Source: Aulosira sp. ZfuVER01
GTDB lineage: Bacteria > Cyanobacteriota > Cyanobacteriia > Cyanobacteriales > Nostocaceae
Length of the DNA stretch: 64,000 nucleotides
Assembly (NCBI GenBank): GCA_034530615.2
Contig: JAVRCV020000015.1
Coordinates: 96,001 to 160,000, forward strand
Direction of reading: 5' to 3'
The position numbers and the translations under genes are program-made. The notes beneath the pieces are model-generated. The model was not told the origin of the DNA and did not search any database. It saw only the letters and a program-made list of their open reading frames with translations. This document shows positions 9,794-20,624 of this stretch, in pieces. The first letter of the stretch is position 1; each line of letters starts with the position of its first letter.

Positions 9794-12700
9794 TTAATTC
9801 CCAAATATGGGAATCTGAATGATAAACTCTGCACCCTTACCAGGTGAAGAGAAACACTCGAAAGTACCTTTATGGGCTTCCGTAACTATTTGATAACTAA
9901 TCGAAAGTCCCAAACCTGTACCTTTACCTTCTGGCTTTGTGGTAAAGAAAGCTTGAAAAACTTTTTGTTTTACTGACTCAGATATTCCCGGGCCATTATC
10001 AGCAATGCAAATTTTTACTTGCTTATTATCTGCTGTGGTAGAAATTGTGATGACATTGGGATTCTGTTCTAAAAATGCATAAGTCTTGCCTTCATTCGAC
10101 TCTTCCAATGCATCAATAGCATTCGCTAGCAAATTCATAAACACCTGATTTAATTGTCCAGGATAACAAGCGACTTGAGGTAAATTGCCGTAATTCCTAA
10201 TCACATAAATCGCTGGACGTTCTGGACTCGCTTTCAAGCGATGGGACAAAATCATCAGCGTGGCTTCAATTCCTTCATGAATATCAACTGCTCTTTTATC
10301 TAAACCATCGTTGCGTGAGAAGTTGCGTAAAGACTGCATAATATCTCGAATCCGATGGGTTCCCACCTTCATTGAAGAAAGCATATTTGGCAAGTCTTTG
10401 AGGAGGAAATCTAAATCAATCGCCTCCATTTCATCGATGATTTCGGCTGGTGGGTTAGGTAAGTGCTGTTGATAGAGATGTAGTAAATTAATTAAGTCAT
10501 CAATATATCGTTTGGCATGAGTGAGGTTAGTAAAAATAAAGCTGACAGGATTATTCACTTCATGGGCAACTCCTGCTACAAGTTGACCTAAAGATGATAT
10601 TTTCTCTGTATGAACGAGTAGAGTTTGAGTTTGTTGCAGTTTTAACAAAGCTGCTTCTAAATCTTGGGATTTTTCTTGTTCTTTAGCATAAAGGCGAGCA
10701 TTTCTAATAGCGATCGCAGCTTGAGAAGAGAGTATTTTTAAAAGTTCTAGACGTTCAGGAGTAAATGCTCCAGTCACCAAATTATTTTCTAAATAAAATA
10801 TCCCGATGAACTTGCCTTGATAAAAGATAGGCACACATAATACTGATTTACATTCATGGGTTTGAATATATGAGTCTTTATTAGAAATGGGGTCAAGTTT
10901 TGCATCCCTAATTACCAATGGTTGCTGAGTTCTAGCTACATAATTGATTAGCTTTTTGGGGACAAGTTCACTATTTTCTACTGGGGTTGATAGCAAAGTA
11001 ATTTGCATATCTACCATGCTAGTATCAATTGCTTCAATAAATAGTTGATGATTTTTTTCTAAAATCAAGCAACCTTTTTGGGCACCAGCATTTTCTAAGA
11101 TGATATGTAGAAGCGTGCGCGGTAAACATTCTAAGGAGATTTCGTTAATAATCGCCTCACTCGCTTTCACTACTGTGGCTATATCTAAATTTGCACCAGT
11201 GCTGGTTGTAGAGTGTGTACTCAGGGATACATCAGATTTTAATGCTATAGAGATGCTACCTGTAGGTGCGATCGCACTGGTGCTGCGAAGAATTAAATCG
11301 GGGTATCGCTTTTCTAGGTTTTTGACTTTGGCGGAACTACCCCAACGGTTGTAACCGTAGTAAGCCTCAGTCATGTACAATTGAGCAATCTTTTTCTTAC
11401 CCAGTGACAGATATAACTCTGCGGCGCGTTCATTAGAGAGTGCTTCTTCTTGAATGTAACCGTTTTCAGCAGCTCCAGCAATGGCGCGATCGTAGTAATC
11501 CATCGCCTCTAAATACTCCCCCAACGCCCAATGGTACTCAGCTTGGACTAAACAAAATTTGTGCCAGTGATTCATGGGTGCATAATCTGCCCATTGCTTC
11601 AGCTTTTCTTGGTTAGCAATCACCCGCAACAACAAAGTTTCTTTTTCCGGACTTGGGGTTTGAGATAAGAGAGCAAGCTGAGTGAGAGAATCATAAAAAT
11701 GGAAAACTGGTACCATAAAAGATCCAGTTACCCCATCTAAGTATTGTTTCGCCAGAGAAGCGACTTCTGCTGCTTGCTGATACTCTCCAAATAGGTAACA
11801 AAGAATCAATTTATTGACGTATAAAGTGCCAAGAGCATAGCGATCGTTAGCCTGCAAATGTAAAGGCAGCATGATTTCTTCGTTGTATGCTACTCCTTGC
11901 AATTTTCCAGGAGTAAGAACATCAATAGTTAAATTTAATACAGATTGCTGAATAATTTTGAGACAGTTATGGGCACTTTCTTGCTTGATTTGATCCAAAG
12001 CTTGACTGTAAGTTGCTATCTCTGGTTCTAAGCCTCTCAGTTCCTTGCTGAGGAAATAAGAAAGAGAGCAATAATTGTAGGCACAATAGGCAGAATACTC
12101 TAAATCGCCTGTTTCCAAACCATTTTGATGTGCTTCTAGTAGCGGTAGTAGGGACTCTCGAATATGATGCTTCCACGGCTTCACAAACGGGTAAATTATA
12201 CTGAAGGTACTAGTTTTGAGTTCCTTACCGGGGAGACTTGATAATAAACCTAATGCCAATTGACCAGCGCGATCGCCTGCATCAATATCCCCAACGACTC
12301 CGCAGAGAATAGCTGCATACCAAGCGTATGCGAGAGTAGAGACTGGGGCATTGCCATATCGTACCGAGAGCCTTACCTGCTTAAATACAATTAAGGGCAG
12401 CAACATTGGTACTGCTTGATAGACTGCCGCCGTCACTGTACCGATAATCCGCACGACTGCGAGGATTTGCGGATCGGTCATTTCTGGTATATCAATTAAA
12501 TCCTCAAAACTCCTTCCTTCCAACATCAACTGGGTTACTTGCAAACTCTGGGTGATATCTGCTTGACTAGGTGTGTCGGGAAATCTGACACCTAAAAGTT
12601 CGAGAATAGTTAATGCGGTTGTGATAGCGTCAGGCTGTCTACTCTGGGCTACATAAGCCTGAATTTTCACCTCATAGACCTTCACTTTATCGAGTAGTGT

Positions 12701-15202
12701 ACGGGCATTTTGCAATACTTGGCTGGCTAAATTCTCCATTAACTCGTAATCGCCACCTAAATATGCTGCTTCTGTGGCTTCAACTATCAAAGCTAAAGTT
12801 AAGTCATATTCACTCAGCCAGCTATCCACTGCGAGGAGATTTATACCTGTAGTTAAATATGCGATCGCAACTAGATAAGCCGTTGCAGCTTTAGCTTTTC
12901 TCCCAGCCAGTAAATTTAATTCAGCCAGCCGTTGCTTTGGAGATTTCTCTGTAATGAAGGCAGCACCGACATTTAGTTGATTAATAATATCAAAAATATT
13001 TTCCTCTAATTGTTCAGGAGGCGTCTTTTGCAACAACTGCTGACCAATTTTGAGATGGTTAATCTGTTTCTCGCAATCGGGAATTAGGGAATATGCGGCT
13101 TGCTGGATGCGATCGTGCAAAAATCGGTAGGTAATAATTGAGTCATTAAATCCTAAAGCGGCTAACTCTTCTTTAGTAAAGAGTAGAGGGATACGGCATT
13201 CATTATTCAATGGTAAAATCAGACCCAATTGCAAAGCTGGTTGTAATGCTTCTGCCACATTTTGCAGATTTTTGGCGCTAACTACTGCTAATACATCTAA
13301 ACTAAAAATATTGCCAATACATGCTGCTAATTGCAATAATATTTGCGTAGTTTCTGGTAGCTTTTGAATATTGCCTGTAACTAAATCAACAACATCTTTC
13401 TCTACAAGATTAATAGTTTGAATGGGCTGCATATCCCACAGCCAAATCCCTCGAACAAAATCAAATTTCAGCAGATTATCTTGATAAAGTATCTTGAGTA
13501 ATTGGGTCAAGAAGAAAGGATTACCCTGAGTTTTATTAAATAAAATTTGCGCTAGTTCAGGGATATTTTCAGAATTTCTCAACGTATCTGTAAGCATAGC
13601 GCAGACATGAGATAATTCTAATGGACGTAACACAATATTGTTAATAATCGTGTCTGCTTGTTGAATTTCAGCAAAAGTTTTGATTAATGGATGACTGGTG
13701 CTAACTTCGTTATCTCGATATGCTCCAATCAACAGTAAATATTGACTATCTGGGTTAGTCATTAACACCTGAATTAGTTTCAATGAAGCAGAGTCAGCCC
13801 ACTGTAGGTTATCTAAAAATAGCACTATGGGATGTGACTGTTTTGTAAAAACCTGAATAAAAGACTGAAACACTCGATGAAAGCGATTAAGGCTTTCTGT
13901 TGCGCATAGTTGGGGAATGGCTGGCTGTTTACCAATAATTAGTTCAACTTCGGGAATCACATCAACGATCGCTTGGCCATTACTACCCAGTGCTTGCAGC
14001 AGTTTTTCTTTCCAAGTTTTCAGCCTATCGCTATTTTCAGTTAATAATTGCCGCACTAAAGATTGAAAAGCCTGAATCACAGAAGCATAGGGAATATTCT
14101 GTTTAAATTGATCGAATTTACCTTCAATGAAATAACCCTTGTTTCTAACTATCGGCTTATGTACCTCATTCACCAACGATGACTTACCAATTCCCGAGTA
14201 GCCAGAAACCAACATGATTTCGCTCTTACCTTGGCTAATGCGCTCAAATGCTGCTAACAAAGTTGCAACTTCTGCTTCTCGTCCATATAATTTTTGGGGG
14301 ATGAGTAATTGGGAAGTGCGATCGCGTTGTCCGGGGATAAAATCAGGAATCTCGCCTGTAATTTGGAGTTGCTCAAGACAAAATTCTAAATCAGCTAATA
14401 GTCCCAAAGCACTTTGATAGCGGTCTTCAGCATTTTTTGCTATTAGTTTCATCACAATAGCAGCAAGAGTTTGAGAAACCTCTGAGTTTAACTGTGCAAT
14501 TGGAGTAACTGACTTGGCAATATGACAGTGAATCATCTCCAGTAAATCGTCAGTTACAAAAGGCAATTGACCAGTTAGCATCTCATAGAATGTTATCCCC
14601 AATGAATAAAAATCACTGCGATAATCTACAGTGCGATTCATCCTCCCAGTTTGCTCAGGAGACATATAAGCAACAGTCCCTTCCAGTTGATGAGGATTAG
14701 TCAGTTGCGGTGTTTCTCGATCTAAATATGAGGCAATACTAAAGTCAGTGATTTTAACAATTTCGGTCTGCGGATTAATGATGATATTTGCAGGTTTAAT
14801 ATCTTTATGAATAATGCCTTTATGATGTAGCGATAACAATGCTTTTGTTAATTGCACAGCAATCTTGAGAAAAGAAACTTCACAAAGTTGCTGTTGAGAA
14901 AGAAATTGCTTGAGACTGATGCCATCAAAATCTTCTGCTACTAATGCCAAACGGTTTTGGTAGGTTTCTAAGCCATAAACTTTAACAATACCTTCGCAGT
15001 TTTTGCAGTTAAGATTTTCTATAGTTTTATATTCGTGCTGGAAGCGAGTAATTTGCTCCAAAGTAGGATATTCATCCTTAAGAACTTTCAGGATCACAGA
15101 CTGCTGGTTTTTTTGGGACCAAGCTCGGTAAACAATTGTGTTAATTCCTTCCGATATAATTTCTGTTAAGTCATAACCTGGAATTATTGAAGTTAACACC
15201 AT
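9794..15202 (-). CDS. Ser/Thr kinase-AAA ATPase-GAF-histidine kinase (HstK-like)
   Basis: HKDIKPANII, YMSPEQTGR, GYSGIGKS, GAF, AHEVNNP H-box, GTGLGL. Confidence 0.93.
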   Translation of the reverse strand: MVLTSIIPGYDLTEIISEGINTIVYRAWSQKNQQSVILKVLKDEYPTLEQITRFQHEYKTIENLNCKNCEGIVKVYGLETYQNRLALVAEDFDGISLKQFLSQQQLCEVSFLKIAVQLTKALLSLHHKGIIHKDIKPANIIINPQTEIVKITDFSIASYLDRETPQLTNPHQLEGTVAYMSPEQTGRMNRTVDYRSDFYSLGITFYEMLTGQLPFVTDDLLEMIHCHIAKSVTPIAQLNSEVSQTLAAIVMKLIAKNAEDRYQSALGLLADLEFCLEQLQITGEIPDFIPGQRDRTSQLLIPQKLYGREAEVATLLAAFERISQGKSEIMLVSGYSGIGKSSLVNEVHKPIVRNKGYFIEGKFDQFKQNIPYASVIQAFQSLVRQLLTENSDRLKTWKEKLLQALGSNGQAIVDVIPEVELIIGKQPAIPQLCATESLNRFHRVFQSFIQVFTKQSHPIVLFLDNLQWADSASLKLIQVLMTNPDSQYLLLIGAYRDNEVSTSHPLIKTFAEIQQADTIINNIVLRPLELSHVCAMLTDTLRNSENIPELAQILFNKTQGNPFFLTQLLKILYQDNLLKFDFVRGIWLWDMQPIQTINLVEKDVVDLVTGNIQKLPETTQILLQLAACIGNIFSLDVLAVVSAKNLQNVAEALQPALQLGLILPLNNECRIPLLFTKEELAALGFNDSIITYRFLHDRIQQAAYSLIPDCEKQINHLKIGQQLLQKTPPEQLEENIFDIINQLNVGAAFITEKSPKQRLAELNLLAGRKAKAATAYLVAIAYLTTGINLLAVDSWLSEYDLTLALIVEATEAAYLGGDYELMENLASQVLQNARTLLDKVKVYEVKIQAYVAQSRQPDAITTALTILELLGVRFPDTPSQADITQSLQVTQLMLEGRSFEDLIDIPEMTDPQILAVVRIIGTVTAAVYQAVPMLLPLIVFKQVRLSVRYGNAPVSTLAYAWYAAILCGVVGDIDAGDRAGQLALGLLSSLPGKELKTSTFSIIYPFVKPWKHHIRESLLPLLEAHQNGLETGDLEYSAYCAYNYCSLSYFLSKELRGLEPEIATYSQALDQIKQESAHNCLKIIQQSVLNLTIDVLTPGKLQGVAYNEEIMLPLHLQANDRYALGTLYVNKLILCYLFGEYQQAAEVASLAKQYLDGVTGSFMVPVFHFYDSLTQLALLSQTPSPEKETLLLRVIANQEKLKQWADYAPMNHWHKFCLVQAEYHWALGEYLEAMDYYDRAIAGAAENGYIQEEALSNERAAELYLSLGKKKIAQLYMTEAYYGYNRWGSSAKVKNLEKRYPDLILRSTSAIAPTGSISIALKSDVSLSTHSTTSTGANLDIATVVKASEAIINEISLECLPRTLLHIILENAGAQKGCLILEKNHQLFIEAIDTSMVDMQITLLSTPVENSELVPKKLINYVARTQQPLVIRDAKLDPISNKDSYIQTHECKSVLCVPIFYQGKFIGIFYLENNLVTGAFTPERLELLKILSSQAAIAIRNARLYAKEQEKSQDLEAALLKLQQTQTLLVHTEKISSLGQLVAGVAHEVNNPVSFIFTNLTHAKRYIDDLINLLHLYQQHLPNPPAEIIDEMEAIDLDFLLKDLPNMLSSMKVGTHRIRDIMQSLRNFSRNDGLDKRAVDIHEGIEATLMILSHRLKASPERPAIYVIRNYGNLPQVACYPGQLNQVFMNLLANAIDALEESNEGKTYAFLEQNPNVITISTTADNKQVKICIADNGPGISESVKQKVFQAFFTTKPEGKGTGLGLSISYQIVTEAHKGTFECFSSPGKGAEFIIQIPIFGN

Positions 15203-15320
15203 CGTTTCTCCTTTCCGTAAACTTAAGCGCTCACTTCATATATTTCCCAATCAGAAAGCCAGAATTTAACGTAACGCGGAAGTCCCTACCCAGAGAGCTT
15301 ACGGAAAAAATCATCTTTGC

Positions 15321-15361
15321 TAAAGTGAAGCGCAACATTGAGAAATTTGCAGGCGATCGCG
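15321..15361 (+). repeat. 41-bp direct copy of chlB 3' sequence (7628-7668)
   Basis: 38 of 41 nt identical by manual alignment; ends at a HIP1 site. Confidence 0.85.
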
Positions 15362-15444
15362 TCGTTTCACTTCGTTAATTTCTTACAGAAAGTTGCATTG
15401 GGCATTGGTATTCTTTCCCATGCTTCATTCCCTATACGCGCGAA

Positions 15445-15469
15445 ATCCCACCCTTTTTAGGGGTGGGAT
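15445..15469. terminator. GC-rich hairpin downstream of secA
   Basis: atcccaccc / gggtgggat arms. Confidence 0.5.
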
Positions 15470-15520
15470 GAGCTTAAAGGCTTGTAGACATTAGATATCC
15501 AAACATTTGCTGCTTTCGTG

Positions 15521-18313
15521 TTAAACCATCTCTGAGGATGTTTGCACTACTGGCTGAGGCTGAGGCTGGAACATGAACAAGGAGTAAACCACATCTCGGC
15601 GGATGTTGACCATCATATCCAAGAAGAGTTCGTAACCCTCGCTCTTGTACTCAATCAGCGGGTCTTTTTGACCGTAACCACGCAATCCTACGGATTCACG
15701 CAAGGCATCCATTTGTTGCAGGTGTTCTCGCCACAGAGTGTCAATCCGTTGCAAGATAAAGAAGCGTTCAGCTTGCCGCATCAACCCTGGTTGAATTTGG
15801 TCAATCTGGGCTTCTTTGATGTCGTAGGCAATTCTTACCTGTTCGTGAAGGAAGGCCTTAATTTCGGCTACCGCCATATCTTCTAATTGATTGGCCTGCA
15901 AGTCTCCCAACAGATAAACAAATTCTTTGACTTTTTCCACCAACTTTTCTAACTCCCACTCTTCCGAGGGTAGATCTACGTTGATGTAGTAGTCAACGAT
16001 TTCACTCATCGTTTTTTCGGCGTAGGTAATTACCTGTTCTTTCAAGTCTTGCCCTTCTAGCACCCGACGACGTTCAGCGTAGATGGCGCGACGTTGATTA
16101 TTCATCACTTCATCGTACTCAAACACCTGCTTCCGGATGTCGTAGTAGTAGGTTTCAACTTTTTTCTGTGCGCCTTCCAAACTGCGGGTGAGCATTCCCG
16201 ATTCGATGGGCATATCTTCTTCCACGTTGAAGGCATTCATTAATCCAGCAACGCGATCGCCACCAAAAATTCGTAGTAAGTTATCTTCTAAACTCAGGAA
16301 GAATCTCGTGGAACCAGGGTCGCCTTGTCTTCCAGCTCGTCCGCGTAACTGGTTGTCAATCCGCCGTGATTCGTGGCGTTCTGTACCAATGACGTGTAAA
16401 CCGCCTAGTTCTACTACTTCTTCGTGTTCACGGTGGGTGAATTGCTCGTATTCTTGCTTGATCTGTTTGTAAGCTGCCCGCAATGTTTGAATTACAGGGT
16501 CATCAATGGGGCCTTTTTCGGCGGCTACAGCAATTTTTTCTTCTGCTTCTAATTCGGGTAAGCTGCGATCGCCATACTCACGCACCGCCAAGTCCACTGC
16601 TGCTTTTAATTGTTGCTCTGTCTGTTGGCTCAACTGAGTGGGGAAAATTTCTGGCGAAGCTTTCCAAGTTTTCACTTTTTTGCCTGGAACAAATCCTTGA
16701 CCACCACTACTTCCACCTGGCAAACCAGCGGCTCTTTGGATGCCAAAGGTGTCCTCATCTTCTGGTTGGACAATCCGAGGCATAAAATATTCCCGCAGCT
16801 TCAGACGAGCCATGTATTCGGAGTTACCACCAAGGATAATATCCGTACCTCTACCAGCCATGTTTGTGGCGATGGTTACAGCACCTCTACGTCCAGCCTG
16901 AGCAACAATCTCCGCTTCCCGTTCCACGTTTTCGGGTCTGGCGTTGAGTAACTCGTGGGGGATTTCCATCTCCTTGAGCAGTTCGCTCAAATACTCAGAT
17001 TTTTCCACACTTGTGGTACCTACTAGTACAGGTCTGCCAAGTTCGTGCATTTCTGCACATTCGCGCGCGATCGCCTTCCATTTGCCTGGTTCTGTCTTAA
17101 AGACCATGTCAGACAAGTCTTGGCGTCTTCTAATCCGGTTGGTGGGAATGATTGTAACTTCAAGTTTGTAAATTTTTTCAAACTCTGCTTCTTCTGTTTT
17201 TGCCGTTCCCGTCATTCCACCCAGTTTTGGATAGAGCAAGAACAGGTTTTGATAGGTAATTGTCGCCAGAGTTTGAGTTTCCGGCTGAATTTCTACGTGT
17301 TCTTTAGCTTCAATTGCTTGGTGCAGTCCATCACTCCAACGCCTTCCGGGAAGTACCCGACCGGTAAATTCATCAACGATTACCACTTCCCCGTTACGGA
17401 CAATGTAGTTTACGTCCTTGAGGAACAGTTCTTTGGCTTTAATCGCATTAAATACAAAGTGCGCCCACGGGTCTTCTGGGTCAAATAAATCTGTCACACT
17501 CAACAGTTCTTCTGCTTCTGCAAAGCCTTCATCTGTCAACAGTACGTTACGAGCTTTTTCATCTACTTCGTAATGCTCATCTTTTTTCAGTGTGAAGGCA
17601 ATTTCGGCAGCTTGTAAGTATTTTTCCGTCGGTCTTTCTACCTGTCCAGAAATAATTAGTGGCGTCCGCGCCTCATCAACTAAAATCGAGTCTACTTCGT
17701 CGATAACGCAGTAATTAAATGGGCGTTGCACCACATCTGCCATTGATGTGGCCATATTATCCCTCAGGTAATCAAAACCTACCTCACTGTTGGTGACATA
17801 AGTAATATCACAGTCATAATTTTTCTGACGTTCACTGGGAATCATGCTCGCCTGAATTAGTCCCACGCTCAATCCCAGGAAGCGGTGTACCTGTCCCATC
17901 CATTCCGCATCCCGACGCGCCAGGTAATCGTTCACTGTAATAACGTGTACACCTTTACCTGTCAGGGCATTGAGATAACTCGGCAATGTTGCCACCAGGG
18001 TTTTACCTTCCCCAGTCTTCATTTCCGCAATCTGCCCAGTGTGCAGAATAATACCGCCCAACATCTGTACATCAAAGTGCCGCAAGCCTAAGACTCGCCT
18101 TCCTGCTTCCCGAACTACCGCAAAAGCTTCCGGCAGGATATCATCTAGGGTCTCGCCTTTGGCAAGCCGCTGTTTAAATTCTCCCGTTTTGCCTTTCAAC
18201 TCCTCATCGGAAAGGGCTTTAATTTCTTCCTCTAAGAGGTTAATTTCCGTAATGTAAGGTTGGTATTTCTTAAGTTTACGAGCGTTGGGATCGCCCAACA
18301 AGTTCTTTAGCAT
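15521..18313 (-). CDS. secA: Preprotein translocase ATPase SecA
   Basis: [50 protein letters not shown]. Confidence 0.99.
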   Translation of the reverse strand: MLKNLLGDPNARKLKKYQPYITEINLLEEEIKALSDEELKGKTGEFKQRLAKGETLDDILPEAFAVVREAGRRVLGLRHFDVQMLGGIILHTGQIAEMKTGEGKTLVATLPSYLNALTGKGVHVITVNDYLARRDAEWMGQVHRFLGLSVGLIQASMIPSERQKNYDCDITYVTNSEVGFDYLRDNMATSMADVVQRPFNYCVIDEVDSILVDEARTPLIISGQVERPTEKYLQAAEIAFTLKKDEHYEVDEKARNVLLTDEGFAEAEELLSVTDLFDPEDPWAHFVFNAIKAKELFLKDVNYIVRNGEVVIVDEFTGRVLPGRRWSDGLHQAIEAKEHVEIQPETQTLATITYQNLFLLYPKLGGMTGTAKTEEAEFEKIYKLEVTIIPTNRIRRRQDLSDMVFKTEPGKWKAIARECAEMHELGRPVLVGTTSVEKSEYLSELLKEMEIPHELLNARPENVEREAEIVAQAGRRGAVTIATNMAGRGTDIILGGNSEYMARLKLREYFMPRIVQPEDEDTFGIQRAAGLPGGSSGGQGFVPGKKVKTWKASPEIFPTQLSQQTEQQLKAAVDLAVREYGDRSLPELEAEEKIAVAAEKGPIDDPVIQTLRAAYKQIKQEYEQFTHREHEEVVELGGLHVIGTERHESRRIDNQLRGRAGRQGDPGSTRFFLSLEDNLLRIFGGDRVAGLMNAFNVEEDMPIESGMLTRSLEGAQKKVETYYYDIRKQVFEYDEVMNNQRRAIYAERRRVLEGQDLKEQVITYAEKTMSEIVDYYINVDLPSEEWELEKLVEKVKEFVYLLGDLQANQLEDMAVAEIKAFLHEQVRIAYDIKEAQIDQIQPGLMRQAERFFILQRIDTLWREHLQQMDALRESVGLRGYGQKDPLIEYKSEGYELFLDMMVNIRRDVVYSLFMFQPQPQPVVQTSSEMV

Positions 18314-18610
18314 GGCAGGTTATGGCACTAAATAAAGGGGGATGGGAATTAAAGTTTCGGCATAGATTATAAAAATTTAACCCAACCCAGCCTTTTTGGT
18401 TGTTGATGGGTATGAAATGATAATTAACTCACAAACAGCAAAAAGGCTGGCCAATCAGTTTACTAAATGATTGGATTTATTTCATATCTTATGTTTGAAC
18501 TTTATTCATAGTATCATTTCACCCCCAGCTGAGGCAGAGAACGCCGACTATGCTCAAGTAGCGATTTCCCCCCTATGGGGTGTCATTGGCCATCACCACG
18601 TCTCCCTTAT

Positions 18611-18972
18611 CTAACCTTCCTCACCATAAAAATCAGCCACAATAGCTCGAATTTCATTTGCACCAATATCTTCTTGGTCGGATTTGGAATAAATCGTTAA
18701 TAACAAAATACTTGTTGGTGACTCAACTTGATAAATCAAGCGATATCCAGCGCTTTTACCCTTTTGAATATTACTATTGCGAACTCTGACCTTGTAAACA
18801 GCGTACTGCTCACCAAGGCCAGCAATCCTTCTCCTACAATGTTTCCTTGTTGTAGTTCCTCGATAATTAGTTGAACATCAGAGCGAATATTACGAAATCT
18901 TTTGGAGAGTCTGTAAAGTTTCTCCTCAAACTCATCGGAGAATCGAATTGAAACCGCATCATCACTCTGCAT
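18611..18972 (-). pseudogene. RelE/HigB-like toxin, frameshifted
   Basis: MQSDDAVSIRFSDEF...GNIVG continues after a 1-nt shift near 18830 as RIAGLGEQYAVYKVRVRNSNIQKGKSAGYRLIY...IYSKSDQEDI...EEG*. Confidence 0.85.
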
Positions 18973-19216
18973 CAATCCTGTCCCATAGCTCGCTAATTGG
19001 TCGAGTTTGACCAATTTTTGCTTGGTGTAAGGCTCTCCTCAAGCTAGCTTTAATTTCCTCAACTGGTGTATCGTCGTCGAATTCTTCTGATTCTGCTGGT
19101 TCTGGAACTAATACAATCACCCTTACTTGATGGGGGTAAGTTGTTCCCTGAATTGGCTCATCTAGAATTAGGTTTCCCTGAGCGTCAATCTTGCCCGTTA
19201 CTTCGATCGCTTTCAT
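18962..19216 (-). CDS. Putative antitoxin
   Basis: MKAIEVTGKID...TRPISELWDRIDAE; overlaps the toxin start; start trimmed to 19216. Confidence 0.75.
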   Translation of the reverse strand: MKAIEVTGKIDAQGNLILDEPIQGTTYPHQVRVIVLVPEPAESEEFDDDTPVEEIKASLRRALHQAKIGQTRPISELWDRIDAE

Positions 19217-19374
19217 CTGCCATCCCACCTTATTTTTGTAGCAGATTCTAACACGCCCAAATCTAGGCAGAGTCAAGAGTCAAGAGTTATTTCTCCCTTG
19301 TCCCTCCGAAGTTCAGATCGCCGGAAGCCGGCGCTCCGACTTCTCTCCTTGTCCCCCTTGTCCCCCTCATCCCC

Positions 19375-19959
19375 TCACGGCGAGTTCTCCATTTCTGGAC
19401 TCAGGCGGCGGAAATTGTACTCTCCGGCGCTGGGATGACAGCTAACACAGCTACTAATTTGAACAGGGCGTGGTAGCTTAACTTTAGGATGCAAAGCTTT
19501 GAAATAACGCGAGTTGTTGACGCGATAAGCTGTTTCTTCATCTTTTCGTTGAGAACGAGAGAAAGTTTGAAGATACTTCCAAACTAAGATGCGTGGCGGA
19601 TCGACTAGAGGCTGTAGCTGTACGCCATAGTGCTGTGAGTCTTCTAACAGATTTTTCCAGGTTTGGGTGGGTAAAACTGCTGGCGGTAAAGCTACATGAC
19701 AAGTTGCGCAGTTTTCCAAATATAATTCTTGCCCTAGTTTATATTGGGCTGGCACTACATCAACAGTGCCAATTTCCGAGTTAGGGGTAGCACCTTGGAC
19801 ATTACTAGCTAAGGCTAAAAGCCAACCCATTGCTAGACTCCACACCAATATTATCAACATTAAACCGAAAGGTTGGCGTTTGAATAAGCGTCCGGCGTTT
19901 CGCCGTAGCGCTTTGCTATCGCCTTTAGGGCGAGATCTACGCTTCACAAGATTTGACAT
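19375..19959 (-). CDS. Dihaem cytochrome c family protein
   Basis: CATCH and CVSCH haem motifs; N-terminal hydrophobic segment. Confidence 0.85.
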   Translation of the reverse strand: MSNLVKRRSRPKGDSKALRRNAGRLFKRQPFGLMLIILVWSLAMGWLLALASNVQGATPNSEIGTVDVVPAQYKLGQELYLENCATCHVALPPAVLPTQTWKNLLEDSQHYGVQLQPLVDPPRILVWKYLQTFSRSQRKDEETAYRVNNSRYFKALHPKVKLPRPVQISSCVSCHPSAGEYNFRRLSPEMENSP

Positions 19960-20136
19960 TCCTCACATTCCTAAATTCTTAGCTGTAGCACTTAAATCTT
20001 ACGGTTATTGAATGATCGCTATATTGTCCGACGCTCAAATTTTTGCATATGTTCTCTCTGTATAAGATATGTAGATTGAGGAATGACACGAAAGTAATTG
20101 TTTAAAATAAGCCTGGAAATATTTGCAGGTAAATCT

Positions 20137-20463
20137 ATGGCAGAAATTCAAGTGGCGATCGCGGGTGAAGATGCTGTGGCTGCAACGGAGGAACTTTTGG
20201 CGATTCCTGGTATATCTGGTAACTATGCGGTAAGTTCAGAAGTACAGGAAAGAGAGCCAGTAGTTACAACAGTTGCTACCATCGTGGGGATTGTCGGGGG
20301 GACGATCGCAATTGCTGAACAAATCCGCAAGTGGTATCAAGAGTATCAAGCCAAACAGTCTGGTAAAAAAATTGAAAAAGTTTTGATTGTGGGGCGCAAT
20401 GGTAGGCGATTGCTGTTGAAGAATGCGACGGTGGAGGAAATTCGGCAAATTTTGGAAGGGTGA
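20137..20463 (+). CDS. Small protein with central hydrophobic helix, partner of the CHAT gene
   Basis: MAEIQVAIAG...VTTVATIVGIVGGTIAIAEQIRKW; co-oriented upstream of CHAT-NTPase-TPR. Confidence 0.75.
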   Translation: MAEIQVAIAGEDAVAATEELLAIPGISGNYAVSSEVQEREPVVTTVATIVGIVGGTIAIAEQIRKWYQEYQAKQSGKKIEKVLIVGRNGRRLLLKNATVEEIRQILEG

Positions 20464-20624
20464 GAGTAACGTAGACGCAAAGCGGCTTGCCATAGGCTAC
20501 CGCAAAGGCACGAAGGGCACAAAGAAAGAAGAGTTTGAGAGAGATTATCTGCGATCGCTTCTAAATTCTCTGGAATTGGGGGTGATAGACTTGGGGCAAA
20601 TACTGAAGTCTTAGGATTCGGAAT

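Noticed and set aside
15187..15378. 63-aa ORF with ChlB-like tail
   Set aside because: The similarity comes only from the 41-bp chlB duplicate.
15445..15469. IS200/IS605-type end
   Set aside because: The hairpin is reminiscent, but there is no transposase or second end in the window.
15542..18257. Multiple antisense ORFs within secA, and similar shadows elsewhere in the window
   Set aside because: These are shadow frames of a conserved gene.
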